A DNA stretch of 64,000 nucleotides, taken from Mobula hypostoma (Eukaryota). Position 1 is the first letter of the stretch. Every line of letters starts with the position of its first letter. Below are positions 61,142-64,000 of this stretch, in pieces. Where the stretch lies: the NCBI RefSeq assembly GCF_963921235.1, contig NC_086097.1, forward strand, positions 181,228,001 through 181,292,000, in the 5' to 3' direction. Both the position numbers and the translations under genes were made by a program. The notes under the pieces were generated by a model. The model saw only the letters and a list, made by a program, of their open reading frames with translations, did no database searches and was not told where the DNA came from.

Positions 61142-63721
61142 CTCTGTCTCCTAAGTTTATTATGCTCATTGAAGGCCTGTGTACCAAATGCCTTCTTTAC
61201 CTCTCTGTCAGTGTAATGACACTTTCATTTACCTCTGCCCCTGTATCTCCTTCAGAATTACAGATGCAGTTAGTGTAACACACTATGACACTGGGAGGGT
61301 TCTGAGGGTTCAGTGATTAGAAGTGTGTTCATGATGCCACTCCCAATGGGTGGAAATAAAATTACTCCTCACATTTCTCCTGAGTTTCCTACAATTTACT
61401 CTCAACTTATGGCCATGGTAGAGGTTTAGATATCTCTGTCATGGGGAAATTTTTGTCTGTCTAATTTATGCCTCTCTCTCCTCCTATCATTCAGCTCAAT
61501 CAGATCCTCCTCTGTTAGAAGGAAAACAAACTCACCCTATCCTGTCTGTAATAACTGTAATGGTTCATCCCATGTAACATCAGTAAGAATGGTTGTTGTG
61601 TTGGGCGCTGATGTGTGCCCATTCTATCTTTACCTAGTATAGTGTGAGCAGAGGCTGCCTGCAGAATTTCATTTGGTCATGAGTGGGTTAGATGAAAGGT
61701 CTTGTATTTGAAATACTAATTCTGCTGCTCTTTCCATAGATGCTGCCTGATCTACTGAGAGTTTCCAGCATTTCCTGCTTTCATTTCTAGCAGTTTTTTT
61801 TGTAATTTTTAGAAATGGAGACTGGAATTGTCCTGATTGCTGTCCTAGATTAACAATGTCTTGTAGTTAGATAGAACTTTGAATATGGTGAAATGCCACA
61901 GGAGTGCAGTGCCAGAGACAGTTTCAGAACACTCTGGGCTGACACCAAGAAAATTGCAGCCTTACAAAATTCTGGCACTGCTGCAGGTATCTTCAAGGCT
62001 TGTGTATCACTCCAGTCTTCCAACCTCACTTTGAATCTCAGAGTTGCCATGGTAACTGGGAATTAGCATTATATGGTGCGTCACATTCATTCGAAGAACA
62101 AATAAGAAGAAATGTGAGTATGGGCGAAGATTATAGAAACTGGACCAACTCCACCACTCAACTATGTCTCCTTCCTGCTGCAGCTGCCTGTGCTGCCTAC
62201 CCTTCCCCTGTGCCGTATCTGGCTGTGAGAAATCAGGGCCACTCTTCTTCTCAGCATCAGCCAGGAGGTCAAGCAGACAACAGTGTTTATAGGGCTCTAA
62301 TCCATCCAGAATTGGACAAGTTATTTTCGCAAAGCTGTTTAACAATCTCACATCCTGTATATTTTAAAATATTGCTTGCTCCCATCTTGTTTTGGGAAAT
62401 TCAGATGGTGGTCATTCTCATTACTCGAGCCTATTTACACATGGATGACCCTGTCTTTGAGGTGCTGCTGTGCTGTGACTCTCTCTAAACAAAATAATCA
62501 GTTCAGTGAACTTGCTCAGGATAGGGAGGCTACAGAGAAACTTCTCCACAAGAACCCATGAGAAAAGCTTTCAAAACAGTGCTGCAGATGCTGGAAAGTT
62601 AAAACAGAAAATACCTGAAATACTCAGCGGGTCAGGCATTACTTGTGGAGGGAGAATCAGTCCTGGAAGTCAGTTGAGTTCATTCACACTGTGTTACCTC
62701 CTCTCTCCCAAAGACTCCCAGGTCCAACCGACTTCGCTAAAGCTTGCCTCCTCTTCTTTTTCAGCCTCCCTTCAGCGGAGGTTGGCCTTGCTAATTACCT
62801 GTTGTACCTGCATATTAACTTTGTGTGATTTATATATGAGCTTGATCTTGCAGGATGGGAGATAATTAAAGGTTTGTGAAATTGGAATCTGAGAATGATA
62901 TAGAAAAAAATACATTCAGCCATATTGGTATGTTAAGTTTATAAGCTAAGCTGTGGGAAGTGAGATCAGTCTGGTAAAAGGTAATTCTAGAAGGTCTTCT
63001 GTTCCTGGAATGATATTGGAGATTTTACCACCCTTTTTAATGTTTTTTATTAAACAAGAGGTGAACTACCAGTTTGTACCTACTGCAGTGATAGAGGTGG
63101 CATCTGTGGAAGGAATAGTCATGCAAATCCTGACTAAGGATGGGATTTTGATTGATCCTATGACATTGTTTGCCTTGTCCTGGGTGGCAAAGGTTGCAGG
63201 GGCTGTCTTGGTGAATTGTTACAATATGAACATTACTTGATTATAATGGCAAATGTTGAATTAATCTATTACGCATTTGAACAATGATGGAACTTTTTCA
63301 TTTGTTGGTGCTACACTCATTCAAGCAATTGGACAGTACTCTAATGCACTTTGAACTTGGTCCTTGTAGATAGTGGAAAATTCAGCTAATGAGGAATTGC
63401 TCAGAATACCTGTATATTGAAACACAAAATGCTGCATCTGCAGAAATCTTAAAACAAAAATGTCAAAAATAGATCTTAGAATGGTATAGCACTGGACAAC
63501 CCATTCAGCCCATGATGTTGTGCCTATCATGATGCCAATTCTTGCCAAATGTTCTTCAGTGTATCATCCACGTCCCTCTATTCCTTTCATAATGATGTCT
63601 ATCGAAAAGCCTCTAAAACTTCAGCAAACTGTCTGCTTTCACTACTATCCCTGGTAGTTCAGTCTAGGCACCTACTACTCTTTTTTTTTATTTGAAAAAA
63701 AGGTTGCCCCATCACGTTATA

Positions 63722-64000
63722 GGCTATAAGGCCATAAGATATAGGAGCAGAAGTAGGCCATTTGGCCCATCGAGTCAGCTCTGCTATTCAATCATGGGCT
63801 GGTCCAATTCCTACAGTCATCCCTGCTCCCCTGCCTTCTCCCATACCCTTGATGCCCTGGCTAATCGAGAACCTCTCTTTCTCAGCCTTAAATACGCCCA
63901 ATGATTTGGCCTCCACAGCCGCTTGTGGCAACAAATTCCACAGATTTACCGCCCTCCGACAAAAGTAATTTCTCCGCATCTCTGTTCTAAATGGACGTCC
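63722..64000 (-). mobile_element. CR1 3' end (runs off the window)
   Basis: VNLWNLLPQAAVEAKSLGVFKAE; begins ccataagatataggagcagaagtaggccatt. Confidence 0.85.

Noticed and set aside
61850..63240. ORFs of 95-162 aa as coding exons of the downstream gene
   Set aside because: No recognisable protein similarity or consistent splice signals; partly old repeat remnants.

Overview
Eukaryotic, repeat-dense vertebrate genomic DNA. The repeat repertoire (CR1, Rex-Babar, Penelope-like elements, V-SINE-like, Tx1) suggests a cartilaginous fish; this is inference. Positions 1-19.5 kb hold the 3' part of an autophagy gene, most likely ATG9B: nine coding exons on +, all with GT-AG boundaries and compatible phases, ending at V-stop 16830-16835, then a probable ~2.7 kb 3'UTR. 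A CpG island with a probable non-coding first exon of an unidentified gene lies at ~45.8-46.1 kb; I could not recognise any coding exon of that gene. Everything else is mostly transposon DNA. The most interesting system is a Penelope-like retroelement (PLE) family. One copy has an uninterrupted RT + GIY-YIG frame inside an ATG9B intron. The family's 3' repeat carries a minimal type I hammerhead ribozyme. Three further short insertions of the same family have target-site duplications and a fold-back structure (an inverted copy of the 3' tail at the 5' junction). Other highlights are a three-layer nested insertion whose order can be read from the TSDs (40.1-41.4 kb), a Tigger/pogo element, hAT and Tc1/mariner MITEs, and an ATG9A-like C-terminal tail on this ATG9B. 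No prokaryotic features, CRISPR arrays, rRNA or tRNA genes were seen. Boundaries of old repeats are approximate; exon and TSD coordinates were counted by hand.
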